A DNA stretch of 64,000 nt from Candidatus Latescibacterota bacterium (lineage in GTDB: Bacteria; Latescibacterota; UBA2968; UBA8231). Every line of letters begins with the position of its first letter. Positions within the stretch are counted from its first letter, which is position 1. The DNA lies in assembly GCA_965204725.1 (NCBI GenBank), contig OZ242005.1, positions 1,568,001 to 1,632,000 on the forward strand, read 5' to 3'. The notes beneath the pieces were generated by a model, which saw only the letters and a program-made list of their open reading frames with translations, searched no databases and had not been told where the DNA came from. The position numbers and the translations under genes are program-made. Of this stretch, positions 1 through 12,441 are shown piece by piece.

Positions 1-1
1 C

Positions 2-379
2 TTGGCGACTACGGAAAGCTGGAATGACCGCAATACAGGGGAACGCCAAGAGCGAACCGAGTGGCATCGGCTCGTGCTCTGGCGTCGGCAGGCCGAGGTG
101 GCCCAGCAGTATCTCAAAAAGGGCAGCAAGATCTATGTCGAAGGCAAGTTGCAAACCCGCTCGTGGGACGACCAGAGCGGCCAGAAGCGCTATACGACCG
201 AGATCGTAGTCTTTGACATGCAGATGCTCGATTCCCGAGGCGAGGGCGGCGGTGGCAGTGGTGGCGGCGGCGGCGGCCGAGACGCTGGCTACAATGCCGG
301 AGGGCAAAACGCCGGCCCGGCCGCCCAGTCCGACGCGCCCCCGCCGCCGGGGGGCGACGACGACGACCTGCCGTTTTAA
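2..379 (+). CDS. ssb: Single-stranded DNA-binding protein (5' end outside window)
   Basis: [28 protein letters not shown]-fold motifs, Gly-rich linker, C-terminal DDDLPF tail. Confidence 0.97.
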   Translation: MATTESWNDRNTGERQERTEWHRLVLWRRQAEVAQQYLKKGSKIYVEGKLQTRSWDDQSGQKRYTTEIVVFDMQMLDSRGEGGGGSGGGGGGRDAGYNAGGQNAGPAAQSDAPPPPGGDDDDLPF

Positions 380-381
380 GT

Positions 382-1228
382 TTGGCCGGCAGCTTCTTCC
401 ACTTGTGGCTGGCCGAGCGGGCTTTTCCCCTAGTGTTTGGCGACCGTGCGGGCGAAGGGGAACTCGCGGCGGCCTTTGCCGCGGGTTCGGTCGGCCCGGA
501 TATTGGTTTTTTCCCCGGCGGCCCGGCGGCCTTATCGCATCGGGTGCATCTGGAGCGGTGCGGCGACTTTTTGCGCGCCCTGACCCAAAGGGCCGCCAGC
601 CCTAACGAGCAGGCGTTTGCCGCGGGTTGGGGGCTGCACGTCTATGCGGATATGGCCGTGCATCCTTGGGTTGAGGCCCGGGTGGCCGCCTTGCTCCGCG
701 AGGGCACCCGGCCGGCCGCGCCCGATTTGTGGCACCTGCGCTTGGAATGGGGGGTTGATTGCCGCTTGCTCGCGGGCGCGGAGATGGACGGGCTGTGGAA
801 CGCGCGCTTGTACTTTCCCCGCCGCGCAGATGGCCGCAGCTTGCTGGGGGAAGTGGGGGCGGCTTTCTACGGCCGCGATGCCGACGAGAGCCTGCTGCAA
901 CGAGGGGAAGAGGCCACCGCCCGGTGGTTGCAGCGCATTCCCAAAATTCTCTGGTGGGGAGGGCACATCCGCCGGGCCGGACGCCGCCCCAATCCCCTGT
1001 TGACATTGGCGTTTGCCCACTTGGGGCGCAAGGCCCTCGGGGATTGGCTCCAGCACTGGGCGCGCTTTAAGGATGGCGCGGCCTTGGCCCGTCCTCTGTT
1101 GCCCTCAGACCAAGCCTACGAGCAGGTAGTCGGGTTGGGCGAATCGGCTGTGGAAAGGTTTTGCCCAGCGCTGGACGAGGGTTTTGCCCAGTTGGGCAAT
1201 CCCGATTTATATACGGGCGAAGTACGCG

Positions 1229-1236
<8 letters not shown>
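382..1236 (+). CDS. Zinc-dependent phospholipase C family protein
   Basis: N-terminal His, GSVGPD, HRVH, GWGLHVYADMAVH and HLRLE metal-ligand pattern; TTG start. Confidence 0.7.
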
Positions 1237-3745
<2,509 letters not shown>

Positions 3746-3774
3746 CTAAACAGTTAATCAACAAGCCCTTGGGA

Positions 3775-5472
3775 ATGCTGTCAACGCAGGTTCTACTGGG
3801 CTTGTTGATCCCGTTGAGCACCGGCGTCGCACGGGCGGATTCGTCGGTTTACGTGCCTTTGGAGCACTGGGTGTACCGCTTTGTCGAGCGGCTCGAAGCG
3901 CACGGGCGAGCCGACGGCGGTGCCGATGGCATTAAACCATACAGCCGCAATAAAATAGTAGAGCTACTTGACGCTGTTGATAAGAAATATCGCCCCGAGC
4001 TGTCGCCGATCGAACGAGGCGAACTGGACTTGTTGCGCCGCGAGTTTACACGCGAGCATGCCTTGATTCACTATCGCGCCCGCGGCGGGGCCGTTTTCGC
4101 CGACGTTCTCGCCCGCCAACAAACCGATCGCTTTAGCGGCTGGGGCCGGTCGGCGGCCGAAGTGGTGTACCGCCATCGCGGCGGCGGCATCGTCCGCGGG
4201 CGCCTAGGCCGCAAAGTGGGCTTTCGCTTGGCTTTTGAACAGGTTCGCGAGCAAGGCTCGCGCCAGTACGTCTATCGCCACGACCTGTACGAGCGGCGGA
4301 TCGACCTGCCCCAGCTAAAGGGCCACGCGGCCGATTTTCACGAGGGCACCGCGTACGTCAAGTTCGCGGTGGGGCCGGTAGAAGTGCAGTTGGGCAAAGA
4401 CGAGGCGCTATGGGGGCCGGCCCCCGCGCAAAATTTGGGGTTGGGCAACAACGCGCCGTCGTTTAACATGATCCGCTTGCAATCGCAGTTTGGGGCCGTC
4501 AAGTTGGTCAGCATCTCGGCCGAGTTGCGTCCGTGTCCCAACCGGACCGACTCGCCGCTGTGCGCGGGGACGGCCGATTCCGTGGCGACCTATTCAGTCA
4601 ACGGCATGGTGCGCCTGTTGGACCGCCAAAAGTACTTGGCAGCCCACCGCTTAGAGATCGCGCTGACCCCGTGGCTCGACTTGGGTTTTCAGGAGTTGGT
4701 AGTGTACGGCGATCGGGGACTAGAGCCTAGCTATGTGAACCCACTGATGTTCTACTGGGCCGCCCAGAGCCACCTAGGCGACAAGGACAACCTCCTGATG
4801 GGCATAGACTTGGACATTCATCCGGGGCGCGGGCGGCGCTATTATCTGGCCTATTTGGTGGATGACCTGAAGAAGGCCCGCATCTTTTCCAATGATTTTG
4901 CCAACAAGTTTTCCTTGCAGGCCGGAATGCTCTGGGTCGATCCGCTGGGGTTGGCCGATTCCGAATTGCGGGCCGAATACGTGCGCCTCGAACCGTGGCT
5001 GTACTCCCATCGGTTTCCCATTAACACCTTTCGCCACTTCGACTCGCCGCTGGGGCACGCCTTGGCACCCAACAGCGACCAATGGCAATTGGGCCTGACG
5101 AAGCGGGCGGTCCGCGACGTAGAGTTCGCGGTACGTATCACGCGCAGCCGCCACGGCGACAACGAGTTAGGGGAGGACAACACCATTCGCAATGTCGGCG
5201 GCGATATGCACTATGGCTGGCGGCCGGGGGACGAGCGTGCGACCAAGCAATTCCTCGACGGGCATCGAGTGCAGCGGACCGTGCTGACCGCTGGCCTGAA
5301 CTGGCGGATTTTTCCCGATCTCCGGCTAGAGGCTCAATACGCGCAGGAGTGGGGCCGAGGCGTACCGCTGCCTCCAGCTTGGGGCCCGGCCGTACCGCTC
5401 ACGTGGCGCTCTGGTTACGGAGAGGGCCGCCAGCAGCACCTGCGCTTCGACTTGCGCTTGCACTATTTCTGA
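3775..5472 (+). CDS. Capsule assembly Wzi-family outer-membrane beta-barrel protein
   Basis: Signal-peptide-like N-terminus ending VARA, YVPLEHWVY..ERL, GKDEALWGP, AAHRLEI, PLGH motifs, C-terminal aromatic YF; start uncertain (3727-3775). Confidence 0.7.
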   Translation: MLSTQVLLGLLIPLSTGVARADSSVYVPLEHWVYRFVERLEAHGRADGGADGIKPYSRNKIVELLDAVDKKYRPELSPIERGELDLLRREFTREHALIHYRARGGAVFADVLARQQTDRFSGWGRSAAEVVYRHRGGGIVRGRLGRKVGFRLAFEQVREQGSRQYVYRHDLYERRIDLPQLKGHAADFHEGTAYVKFAVGPVEVQLGKDEALWGPAPAQNLGLGNNAPSFNMIRLQSQFGAVKLVSISAELRPCPNRTDSPLCAGTADSVATYSVNGMVRLLDRQKYLAAHRLEIALTPWLDLGFQELVVYGDRGLEPSYVNPLMFYWAAQSHLGDKDNLLMGIDLDIHPGRGRRYYLAYLVDDLKKARIFSNDFANKFSLQAGMLWVDPLGLADSELRAEYVRLEPWLYSHRFPINTFRHFDSPLGHALAPNSDQWQLGLTKRAVRDVEFAVRITRSRHGDNELGEDNTIRNVGGDMHYGWRPGDERATKQFLDGHRVQRTVLTAGLNWRIFPDLRLEAQYAQEWGRGVPLPPAWGPAVPLTWRSGYGEGRQQHLRFDLRLHYF

Positions 5473-5481
5473 GGCCGCCTT

Positions 5482-6594
5482 ATGGAGCTTATGGATCTGC
5501 AAAAGGCGGGTTTGCTCTTGAGCGGCGCGATTTACGTGGGCAGTGTCCTCTGGCTGTGGCGCGGCTTGAGCCGGCCGCGCTGTGGCCCAGCCCTAGTCGG
5601 CGATCGGCCCTCGGTCAGCGCCATCGTGGCCGCGCGCAACGAAGAGGCGACCTTGCCGCACTGCTTAGACGCCCTCGCCCGTCAGGACTATCCGGGAGCG
5701 TTTGAAGTGATCGTCGTAGATGACCGCTCGGGTGACCGCACTGGGGACCTCATTGCCGCCAAGGCGGCGACTTGGCCGGCCCTCAAGGGCGTACAGGCCG
5801 CGCCCGACGGGTGGTTTAAGTGCCCTAAGAAAAGCGCGTTAGCCCAAGGGATTGCCGCGAGCACTGGGGAGATTTTGCTCTTTACCGATGCCGATTGCCG
5901 CCCGCCCGCCGACTGGGTTCGCTCGATGGTGGCACACTTTGCCCCGGGGGTTGGCTTAGTCGCCGGGTACGCGCGGCCCGATCCGGTCGCTGGGGTGCTC
6001 GCCAAGGTCTTGGCCTTAGACAATATCGGGGTCGGGGCGCTGGGGGCAGGCAGCTTTGGCATGGGCCATCCGCTGTCGTGTACGGGCCGCAATTTGGCCT
6101 ACCGCCGCCAAGTGTATGACGAGCTGGGCGGTTTCGCGCCGATCGGGCATCTGATCGGGGGCGACGATGTGTACTTCATGCGCTTGCTGAGTGCCCAAGG
6201 CTTATGGGCTATGGCGTTTAATCGCCGGGCCGTCGTCCGCTCGCAGCCGCCGCCGGCTAAGCTCGCGGCCGCAGTGCAGCAAAAGCTGCGGCACGCGGCC
6301 AAAGGAGGGCACTACAAGGGCCGCGCATTTTATTTGGCCGCCGGGGTCTATTTGTTCCACGGCTTTCTCGCTTGGGGACTGGTGCAGATGCTCTGGAGCC
6401 AAAGCTGGGATGGCTGGGTAGCGGGGGTCTGGTTTGCGCGCTGGGCCGTTGACTTTTTGCTGCTCAAGCGAATGGCCGCGCCCGAAGAGCGCGCCCTCCT
6501 GTGCTATTTGCCGCTAGTGGAAGTTTTGTATATTCCCTATGTGCTGATTTTTACGATTGTCGGCCGTTGGGGCTGGTTCCGCTGGAAAACCTAA
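5482..6594 (+). CDS. Membrane glycosyltransferase family 2
   Basis: VSAIVAARNEE, VVDDRSGD, FTDADC, GGDD, C-terminal TM helices and FRWK. Confidence 0.9.
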   Translation: MELMDLQKAGLLLSGAIYVGSVLWLWRGLSRPRCGPALVGDRPSVSAIVAARNEEATLPHCLDALARQDYPGAFEVIVVDDRSGDRTGDLIAAKAATWPALKGVQAAPDGWFKCPKKSALAQGIAASTGEILLFTDADCRPPADWVRSMVAHFAPGVGLVAGYARPDPVAGVLAKVLALDNIGVGALGAGSFGMGHPLSCTGRNLAYRRQVYDELGGFAPIGHLIGGDDVYFMRLLSAQGLWAMAFNRRAVVRSQPPPAKLAAAVQQKLRHAAKGGHYKGRAFYLAAGVYLFHGFLAWGLVQMLWSQSWDGWVAGVWFARWAVDFLLLKRMAAPEERALLCYLPLVEVLYIPYVLIFTIVGRWGWFRWKT

Positions 6595-6608
6595 ACGAAG
6601 GAGTTGGT

Positions 6609-7676
6609 TTGGCTTACCTGATCGCGCCCAAAGCACTGCCGCGCTACGCTCGGCGCTACGCCCGCGTATTTTCTTGGCAGCGGCTGGTTAATTTTTTCGC
6701 CGTTTTGGCCTCTATGGGGCTGTCGTGGATGACCCGTCGGCCCATCGTGTGGGGGCGGCCTTTTATGCTCATGGTCGAGCCGACCAACTTCTGCAACCTC
6801 AAGTGCCCCTTGTGCCCTTCGGGCAACGGTCAGATGCGCCGCCCGAGGGGCAATATGGGCTTGGAGGACTTTAAGAAGCTGGTTGACCAACTCGGCGGCG
6901 AAGTCTTTATGATGATGCTGTGGAACCAAGGCGAGCCGTATATCAACAAGTGCTTCAACCAGATGGTGCGCTACGCCAGCGACCGCGGCATCTTCACGTT
7001 CACGAGCACCAACGGCCACTTCGTCCGCGCCCCAGAGCAGGCGCGGGCCATCGTCGAGTCTGGGCTGGACGAGATGATCGTCTCGCTGGACGGGGTCGAT
7101 CAAGCTACGTACGAGCGGTACCGGGTCGGCGGCCAGATCGAACGCGTCTTTTCCGGGGTCCGGCTGCTGGTCGCGGCCAAAGAGGCGCTGGGGTCGCAGA
7201 CGCCGCTCATCAACCTGCAATTTATCGTTATGAAGCACAACGAGCGCGATCTGGCCACGGCCGAAGCGCTGGCCAAGGACCTGCGCGTTGATAAGTTCTT
7301 GGTCAAGACCGCTCAGGTGTACACCGCGGCCGAGGCCGAGGCGTTCTTGCCCGAGGACGAACAGTACAGCCGCTACGAGTTGGCGGAGGACGAATTGGCG
7401 GTCAAAGGGCAGCCCACGCGGGGTTGCAAGGTGCTGTGGTACAGTTCGATGGTCAATTGGGATGGATCGGTCGCGCCCTGCTGTTTTGACAAAGACGTCG
7501 ATTTTGGCATGGGGCAGGCCTTCAACGGCCGTTCTTTTGACGCGATCTGGCGCAGCCGGGCCTATATGGACTTTCGCCGTCAGGTCCTCGCCGACCGCAA
7601 TACCTTCGATATGTGCCGCAACTGTTCCGAAGGCTATCGCGGCATGTTCTCCCTGATCAAGGAAATCAAGGGCTGA
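6609..7676 (+). CDS. Radical SAM/SPASM (twitch) domain protein
   Basis: CNLKCPLC CX3CX2C motif, GEP, C-terminal C..GSVAPCC..CRNC; TTG start after AAGGAG. Confidence 0.9.
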   Translation: MAYLIAPKALPRYARRYARVFSWQRLVNFFAVLASMGLSWMTRRPIVWGRPFMLMVEPTNFCNLKCPLCPSGNGQMRRPRGNMGLEDFKKLVDQLGGEVFMMMLWNQGEPYINKCFNQMVRYASDRGIFTFTSTNGHFVRAPEQARAIVESGLDEMIVSLDGVDQATYERYRVGGQIERVFSGVRLLVAAKEALGSQTPLINLQFIVMKHNERDLATAEALAKDLRVDKFLVKTAQVYTAAEAEAFLPEDEQYSRYELAEDELAVKGQPTRGCKVLWYSSMVNWDGSVAPCCFDKDVDFGMGQAFNGRSFDAIWRSRAYMDFRRQVLADRNTFDMCRNCSEGYRGMFSLIKEIKG

Positions 7677-8835
7677 TGCCCGAGTACCTCTTGGCGTCCT
7701 GTGCGCTGGCCTATTTGCTCGGGGCTTGTTGGTTCGTCGCCGGGATGCGTGGCCGCCCCGGGCCGGCCGAGCGCGTCGAGTTGGTCTCAGTAGTAGTCGC
7801 CGCGCGCAACGAAGCCGCCCACATCGCCTCCTGCCTGCGCGCCCTGCTGGCGCAGGATTACCCCCAAGAACACTACGAAATCATCGTCGTTGACGACGGC
7901 TCCACCGATGGCACGGGCCACATCGTGCGCGAGTTCAGCGGGGGGAGTGCGTCCGCGCCCGTGCGCTTGCTGCGAACCGAAGGGTCGGGTTCCAAGAAAG
8001 CCGCGCTCAGCTTGGGGATCGCCGAAGCGCGGGGGGAGGTGATTTGCACCACGGATGCCGATTGCGAGGTCGCGCCGGGATGGATCCGCGGCATGTTGTC
8101 GCACTTTGCCGACGGAGTAGGCATGGTCATCGGCTTTTCGCAAATCGGCTCGGCCGCCAAAATTAAGGGGTGGCGTCAGGGCTACGAGGCCGTTGATTTC
8201 ACCTGCTTGATGGCTTGCATCTGGGGCAGTGCCGGGTGGGGCCATCCCATGGCGGCCTCCGGCCAGAATTTGGCCTTTTTGCGGGAGGCGTTTTTCGACG
8301 TGGGCGGCTATAAAAAGATCATGCACCGGGCTTCTGGCGACGATGTGCTGCTCATGCAGGCCATGCGCCGTTCGGGCCGGTGGGCCATTGTTTTTGCCAA
8401 CCAGCCAGCGACCTTTGTGCGGCATCCGGTGGCCGCGTCTTGGGGTGCGTTATTCGGCCAGCGCAGCCGCTGGGCCTCCAATGCCCCGGTCCTCGCACGC
8501 CTAGATCCGCTCTTTTTTGGCTATATGCTGCTCACCTACGCTTTGAGCTGGGCGACGATCATGGCCCCGCTGCTGTGCTTGGCCGGCTGGCTGAATCCCC
8601 TGTGGCCTTGGGCGTGGTGGGGGCGAAAGTGGGGAGTGAGTGGGGGGTGTTTAACGGCGGCGTATCGCTCTCGGGCCGGCGCGAGTTGCGCCGCTATTTT
8701 CCCCTGTGGGCCTTATTGCAACCGCTGCACGTAGTTTTGGTCGGCAGCGTTGGCTGCTTGGGGATTTTTCGCTGGAAGGGCCGCATCCACCTGTGGGGCC
8801 GGCGCGTCGAGCTATCGCCGCCGTCGCGGCGCTGA
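7676..8835 (+). pseudogene. Glycosyltransferase family 2 with a single-base frameshift near 8605 (pseudogene or sequencing error)
   Basis: VSVVVAARNE, DDGSTD, TTDADC, SGDD, QRSRW in frame 7613; C-terminal TM helices and FRWKGR continue in the 8380..8835 frame. Confidence 0.75.
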
Positions 8836-8855
8836 AGAAGGAAGTAGGAAGCCCA

Positions 8856-9506
8856 GTGGGAAAGCGCGAAGGCGACCGCGCCCAGATCGTCTGTAGAGCA
8901 TTGAAGAAAACCATTCCCGAAGCGAGAGTGGAGCTCAACTACGGCAATGCCTTGGAGCTGATGGTGGCGACCATGCTCGCGGCGCAGAGCACGGATGTCA
9001 AGGTCAACGAAGTCACGGCCGTGCTATTCAAAAAATATCAGTGCGCGGCCGACTACGCGGCCGTGGCGGTTGAGGAACTGGAGGAGGATATCCGTCCAAC
9101 CGGCTTCTACCGGCAAAAGGCCAAAAACATCCGCGCGGCCATGGAGATGCTCCTCGCCGAGCACGGAGGCCAAGTCCCCGGGCAGATGGACGCCTTGCTC
9201 CGCTTGCCCGGCATTGGCCGCAAGAGTGCCAACGTCATCCTCGGCAATGTGTATGGCGTGCCCGGCATCGTGGTTGATACGCATGTTGGGCGGGTGAGTC
9301 GGCGCTTGGGGCTGACCTCAGAAACGGACCCCGTCAAGGTCGAAATGGCCTTGGCCCAGCGGCTGCCGCCCCAAGAGTGGACGGCGTTTGGGCAGCGCGT
9401 GGTTTTGCACGGTCGCTATGTGTGCAAGGCGCGCAAGCCCTGGTGCGACGAGTGCGTTCTCATGCCGCATTGCGATTATTTTGCCAGCCAAACGGCGGGC
9501 GTTTAG
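8856..9506 (+). CDS. nth: Endonuclease III
   Basis: LAAQSTD, HhH LPGIGRKSAN, VDTHV, C-terminal CX6CX2CX5C Fe-S motif; GTG start. Confidence 0.96.
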   Translation: MGKREGDRAQIVCRALKKTIPEARVELNYGNALELMVATMLAAQSTDVKVNEVTAVLFKKYQCAADYAAVAVEELEEDIRPTGFYRQKAKNIRAAMEMLLAEHGGQVPGQMDALLRLPGIGRKSANVILGNVYGVPGIVVDTHVGRVSRRLGLTSETDPVKVEMALAQRLPPQEWTAFGQRVVLHGRYVCKARKPWCDECVLMPHCDYFASQTAGV

Positions 9507-10783
9507 GGACGCCGTTGCGGCAGACGCTTGAGGACGGCGGTTATTTCGGCGGGCGTTTGCGAGGCGAGCATATCGCGGTGGGCCGCGTCCGTGTGCATCA
9601 AGGTTGCAATCTGCGCTAGGATGGGGATGTAGCTGCGGTAGTTTTGCTCTGGAGTCAGCAGCAAGAAGATGAAGTGAACTGGCTCGTTGCTCGGGCTTTC
9701 AAAATCAATGCCTTGGGGGCAAATCCCCAGACAGCCGATGATGCCGGGCAGGTCTGGGATGGGCGCGTGGGGAATCGCGGTGCCGTGCCCGAGCGCGGTC
9801 GAGCTTTTGCGCTCGCGTTCGAGTGCGGCCTCGAGCACGGTCTGGCGTTCGCTGACGGGGATTTGTTTCTCTTCGATGAGGGCATCAACCATCTGGGCGA
9901 TGGCGTCCCATTTGTCTTTGGGGGTGAGGTCTAAGCGGATGGTGTGCTCCCAGAAAATGCGGCTTAGCTGCAAGTCGTTGGCCGCGGCCGAGCGGACCAT
10001 GAGCACCGAACAGGGCACCTGATCGGCGATTTCGTCCGGGATGGAGCCGGCGAGATGTTCCTCTTGGTGCCAGTCGTTTGAGGCACCGAGTACGAGCAAA
10101 TCGTGGTTTTGCGCCCGCGCGACGATGGCCGGGACGACGTGGATGGCCGGGACCACCGTTAAGGGGGCGTCGATCTCTAGCAACTCTAGCTGCAAACGCG
10201 TGTCGGCCGCTAGCTGCGAACAGTAGCGCTGGAGGATCGGGTTGGAAGGGTCGCGGCGGTCGCGCACGATGCGGAGAATTTCCAGTTCAGCGCCCCAAGT
10301 TCGGGCCAGATCGTAGGCGATTTGCACGCCTACCAGCGCGTGATTGCCGCCGCCGAAGGGCACGAGAATCCGGCGCACCGGCCCGCTCTTTTTTTCCTTA
10401 AAAATCAAGGTGTCAACGTCAATGGCCTTGGCCAAGGCGCGATTGGGGGCGGATAGGATGGCGTCGCGCTCGACCTTGGCATTCCAAGCCATGAGCATCA
10501 TGTTGCAGCTCCAGCGGCGGACCGCTCGCTGAATTCCGCTGGTCACGTCCTCGTCTTTTTCTACATGGGCGATCGCACCGACGTCGTGGGCCATGGCCCG
10601 GTCGGCCGAAACTTGGAGGGCCTGTTTTATGTCGGGCCGAGGCTTTGCGCCGGGCGTCAGGATGTGGGTTAAGTGCAGCTCGCCCCAAGGCGAAAGGGCG
10701 AGGGTCGCAGCCAAGTCAACGAGATTGTGTTCTTGGTGCGGGTTTTCGAGCGGGACCAGAATGCGAAGTTGAGCAGGCGACAT
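9503..10783 (-). CDS. Tandem universal-stress (USP) domains fused to a PTS EIIA type-2 (Fru/Ntr-like) domain
   Basis: RILVP and RRILVPFGGG, LLVLGA..GSI..VPCSVLMVR USP motifs; ERERKSSTALGHGTAIPHA EIIA motif with His. Confidence 0.85.
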   Translation of the reverse strand: MSPAQLRILVPLENPHQEHNLVDLAATLALSPWGELHLTHILTPGAKPRPDIKQALQVSADRAMAHDVGAIAHVEKDEDVTSGIQRAVRRWSCNMMLMAWNAKVERDAILSAPNRALAKAIDVDTLIFKEKKSGPVRRILVPFGGGNHALVGVQIAYDLARTWGAELEILRIVRDRRDPSNPILQRYCSQLAADTRLQLELLEIDAPLTVVPAIHVVPAIVARAQNHDLLVLGASNDWHQEEHLAGSIPDEIADQVPCSVLMVRSAAANDLQLSRIFWEHTIRLDLTPKDKWDAIAQMVDALIEEKQIPVSERQTVLEAALERERKSSTALGHGTAIPHAPIPDLPGIIGCLGICPQGIDFESPSNEPVHFIFLLLTPEQNYRSYIPILAQIATLMHTDAAHRDMLASQTPAEITAVLKRLPQRRP

Positions 10784-10956
10784 CTTAGGTGTAAGGCATC
10801 AAGCCGAGGAGGAACCTAGGCAATACTCAGTACTCAGTAGCATGTAATTAAATATAAAACAGACCGCCATCTTTTCCACCTCCTTTGTCGCCGCAGTGGG
10901 GTTGCCAGCGGTCGCGTGGAGCGGTTTGTTGTAAGCAATTCAATCGGGAGGTTTGC

Positions 10957-11934
10957 GTGAGGATATTGATTACTGGCATTACCGGCCGCATCGGCGCCAA
11001 CTTGGCCAAACAGCTCGTCGAGCGCGGCCATCGCCTCCGGGGGTTGGTCTGGCCGCGCGACCCGCGCGTGGAAAATCTCAAGAAGATGCAGGTCGAACTC
11101 GTCGAGGGGAGTTTGACCGAGCCGACGGCCGTTGCGCGCGCGGTTGAGGGCGTTGAGGCCGTCTATCACTTGGGGGCGGCCTTTCAGGGCGGTGGCCCCT
11201 TTACAGACGAGGAGTTTTTTGAGATTAACGTGCGCGGCACCTTCAACATGCTGGAGGCCGTGCGCCGAGCGAAGGGGATCGGCCAGTTCCTATTCGCCAG
11301 CACCGACGCGGTTTACGACAAGTACATCCCCGGTGGCATGAGCGCGCCCATTGACGAACAGACGCCGCGCCGGCCCAAGGGCGCGTATGCCTTGACCAAG
11401 GCACTCGGCGAGGAGTTGTGTACCGGCTATTGGCAGAGCTACCAAGTGCCGACGACGATTTTGCGTTTCGCCTTGGTGCGGGCGGCCGACGAAATTTTGC
11501 AATTTCCGCAGTTCTACCTGAGCAAGATGAAAGCGGTACACCCGGAACTGGCCGCCTTGTGGCAGGGCCAAGAGTGCGCGGTGCTCCTAAAAGACCAGCG
11601 CGACCGGCCCTTCAAAAAGCACATCGCCGACGTGCGCGACATCGCGCATGGCTGCCTCTGCGCCTTGGGCAAAGAAAGGGCCTTGGGCGAGACCTTCCAG
11701 CTCGCGGGGCCGCGCCCGTTCACGTGGGACGAGGTGAGTTACCGGCTCGCCGAATTGCGCAACATGCCCCACGTCGAAGCGGCGGTACAGGCCACTCCGA
11801 CCTTCTACGAATTCAACCTGCGCAAGGCCGAGGATTATTTGGGATTTAGCCCTAGGTACGACGTCGTGCGGATGATCGTCGATGCGCTCAGCTATCAGCG
11901 CGGCGAGGACCTCGGGGTGTTGCCGCACGGCTGA
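10957..11934 (+). CDS. NAD-dependent epimerase/dehydratase (extended SDR)
   Basis: ILITGITGRIG, YALTK (YxxxK); GTG start after GGGAGG. Confidence 0.9.
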   Translation: MRILITGITGRIGANLAKQLVERGHRLRGLVWPRDPRVENLKKMQVELVEGSLTEPTAVARAVEGVEAVYHLGAAFQGGGPFTDEEFFEINVRGTFNMLEAVRRAKGIGQFLFASTDAVYDKYIPGGMSAPIDEQTPRRPKGAYALTKALGEELCTGYWQSYQVPTTILRFALVRAADEILQFPQFYLSKMKAVHPELAALWQGQECAVLLKDQRDRPFKKHIADVRDIAHGCLCALGKERALGETFQLAGPRPFTWDEVSYRLAELRNMPHVEAAVQATPTFYEFNLRKAEDYLGFSPRYDVVRMIVDALSYQRGEDLGVLPHG

Positions 11935-11937
11935 GGA

Positions 11938-12294
11938 TTAGGTCTCGTGCGGCACCAATTCTGCGGCGATGGCGGCGAGGACGTCCTCGGTGCGAAAGGG
12001 CTTGTAAAAAACCGGGCACCCCTTGAGGGCTTGCAGCACCTCCTGCGAGTGCCTTTGGCGCGAGAGGAAGGCGATGAGCTTGGTATTGTCGAGCAAGCGA
12101 CTGGCCGAGAGAAAAGGAGTGGGGTCGTCAACCTCGACGCCGAGGAGGACTAAGTCTGGGGCGTTGAGCCGGTAGTGGTCGAGCCCGTCGGCTAGCTGGT
12201 TGGCGACTTCGACCTGATAGCCGGAGCGCTTGAGCAATCCGGCGAGGGTCGCGCTAAATATGGGATTGCGGTCGATGATTAGGATTTTGTACAA
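11938..12294 (-). CDS. Stand-alone atypical receiver-domain protein
   Basis: KILIID, PDLVLLG, YKPF CheY-like pattern; phosphoacceptor Asp position is Gly. Confidence 0.75.
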   Translation of the reverse strand: MYKILIIDRNPIFSATLAGLLKRSGYQVEVANQLADGLDHYRLNAPDLVLLGVEVDDPTPFLSASRLLDNTKLIAFLSRQRHSQEVLQALKGCPVFYKPFRTEDVLAAIAAELVPHET

Positions 12295-12387
12295 TGCTTT
12301 GACTCTGGGCGAATTGGGGGCCGGACAGCAGGCTTACGGCCTAAAAAATTAAGAGGTGGGCTAAACCTGTGCAAGGCGGGGAATTGT

Positions 12388-12416
12388 TTGACAACCCGCA
12401 GGACGTCGGCTATACT
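12388..12416 (+). promoter_or_regulatory. Sigma70-type promoter
   Basis: TTGACA-17 bp-TATACT upstream of the amidohydrolase ATG at 12442. Confidence 0.8.
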
Positions 12417-12441
12417 GGCCGACCTAAAAAGACGGAAATTT

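Noticed and set aside
241-280. GGC-rich microsatellite-like run
   Set aside because: Encodes the normal Gly-rich SSB linker.
6609-7676. Radical SAM/SPASM as a RiPP maturase
   Set aside because: No precursor peptide, RRE/PqqD, peptidase or exporter nearby; context is glycosyltransferases.
10824-10840. TACTCAG direct repeat in a divergent intergenic region
   Set aside because: Only two short copies; could be chance.
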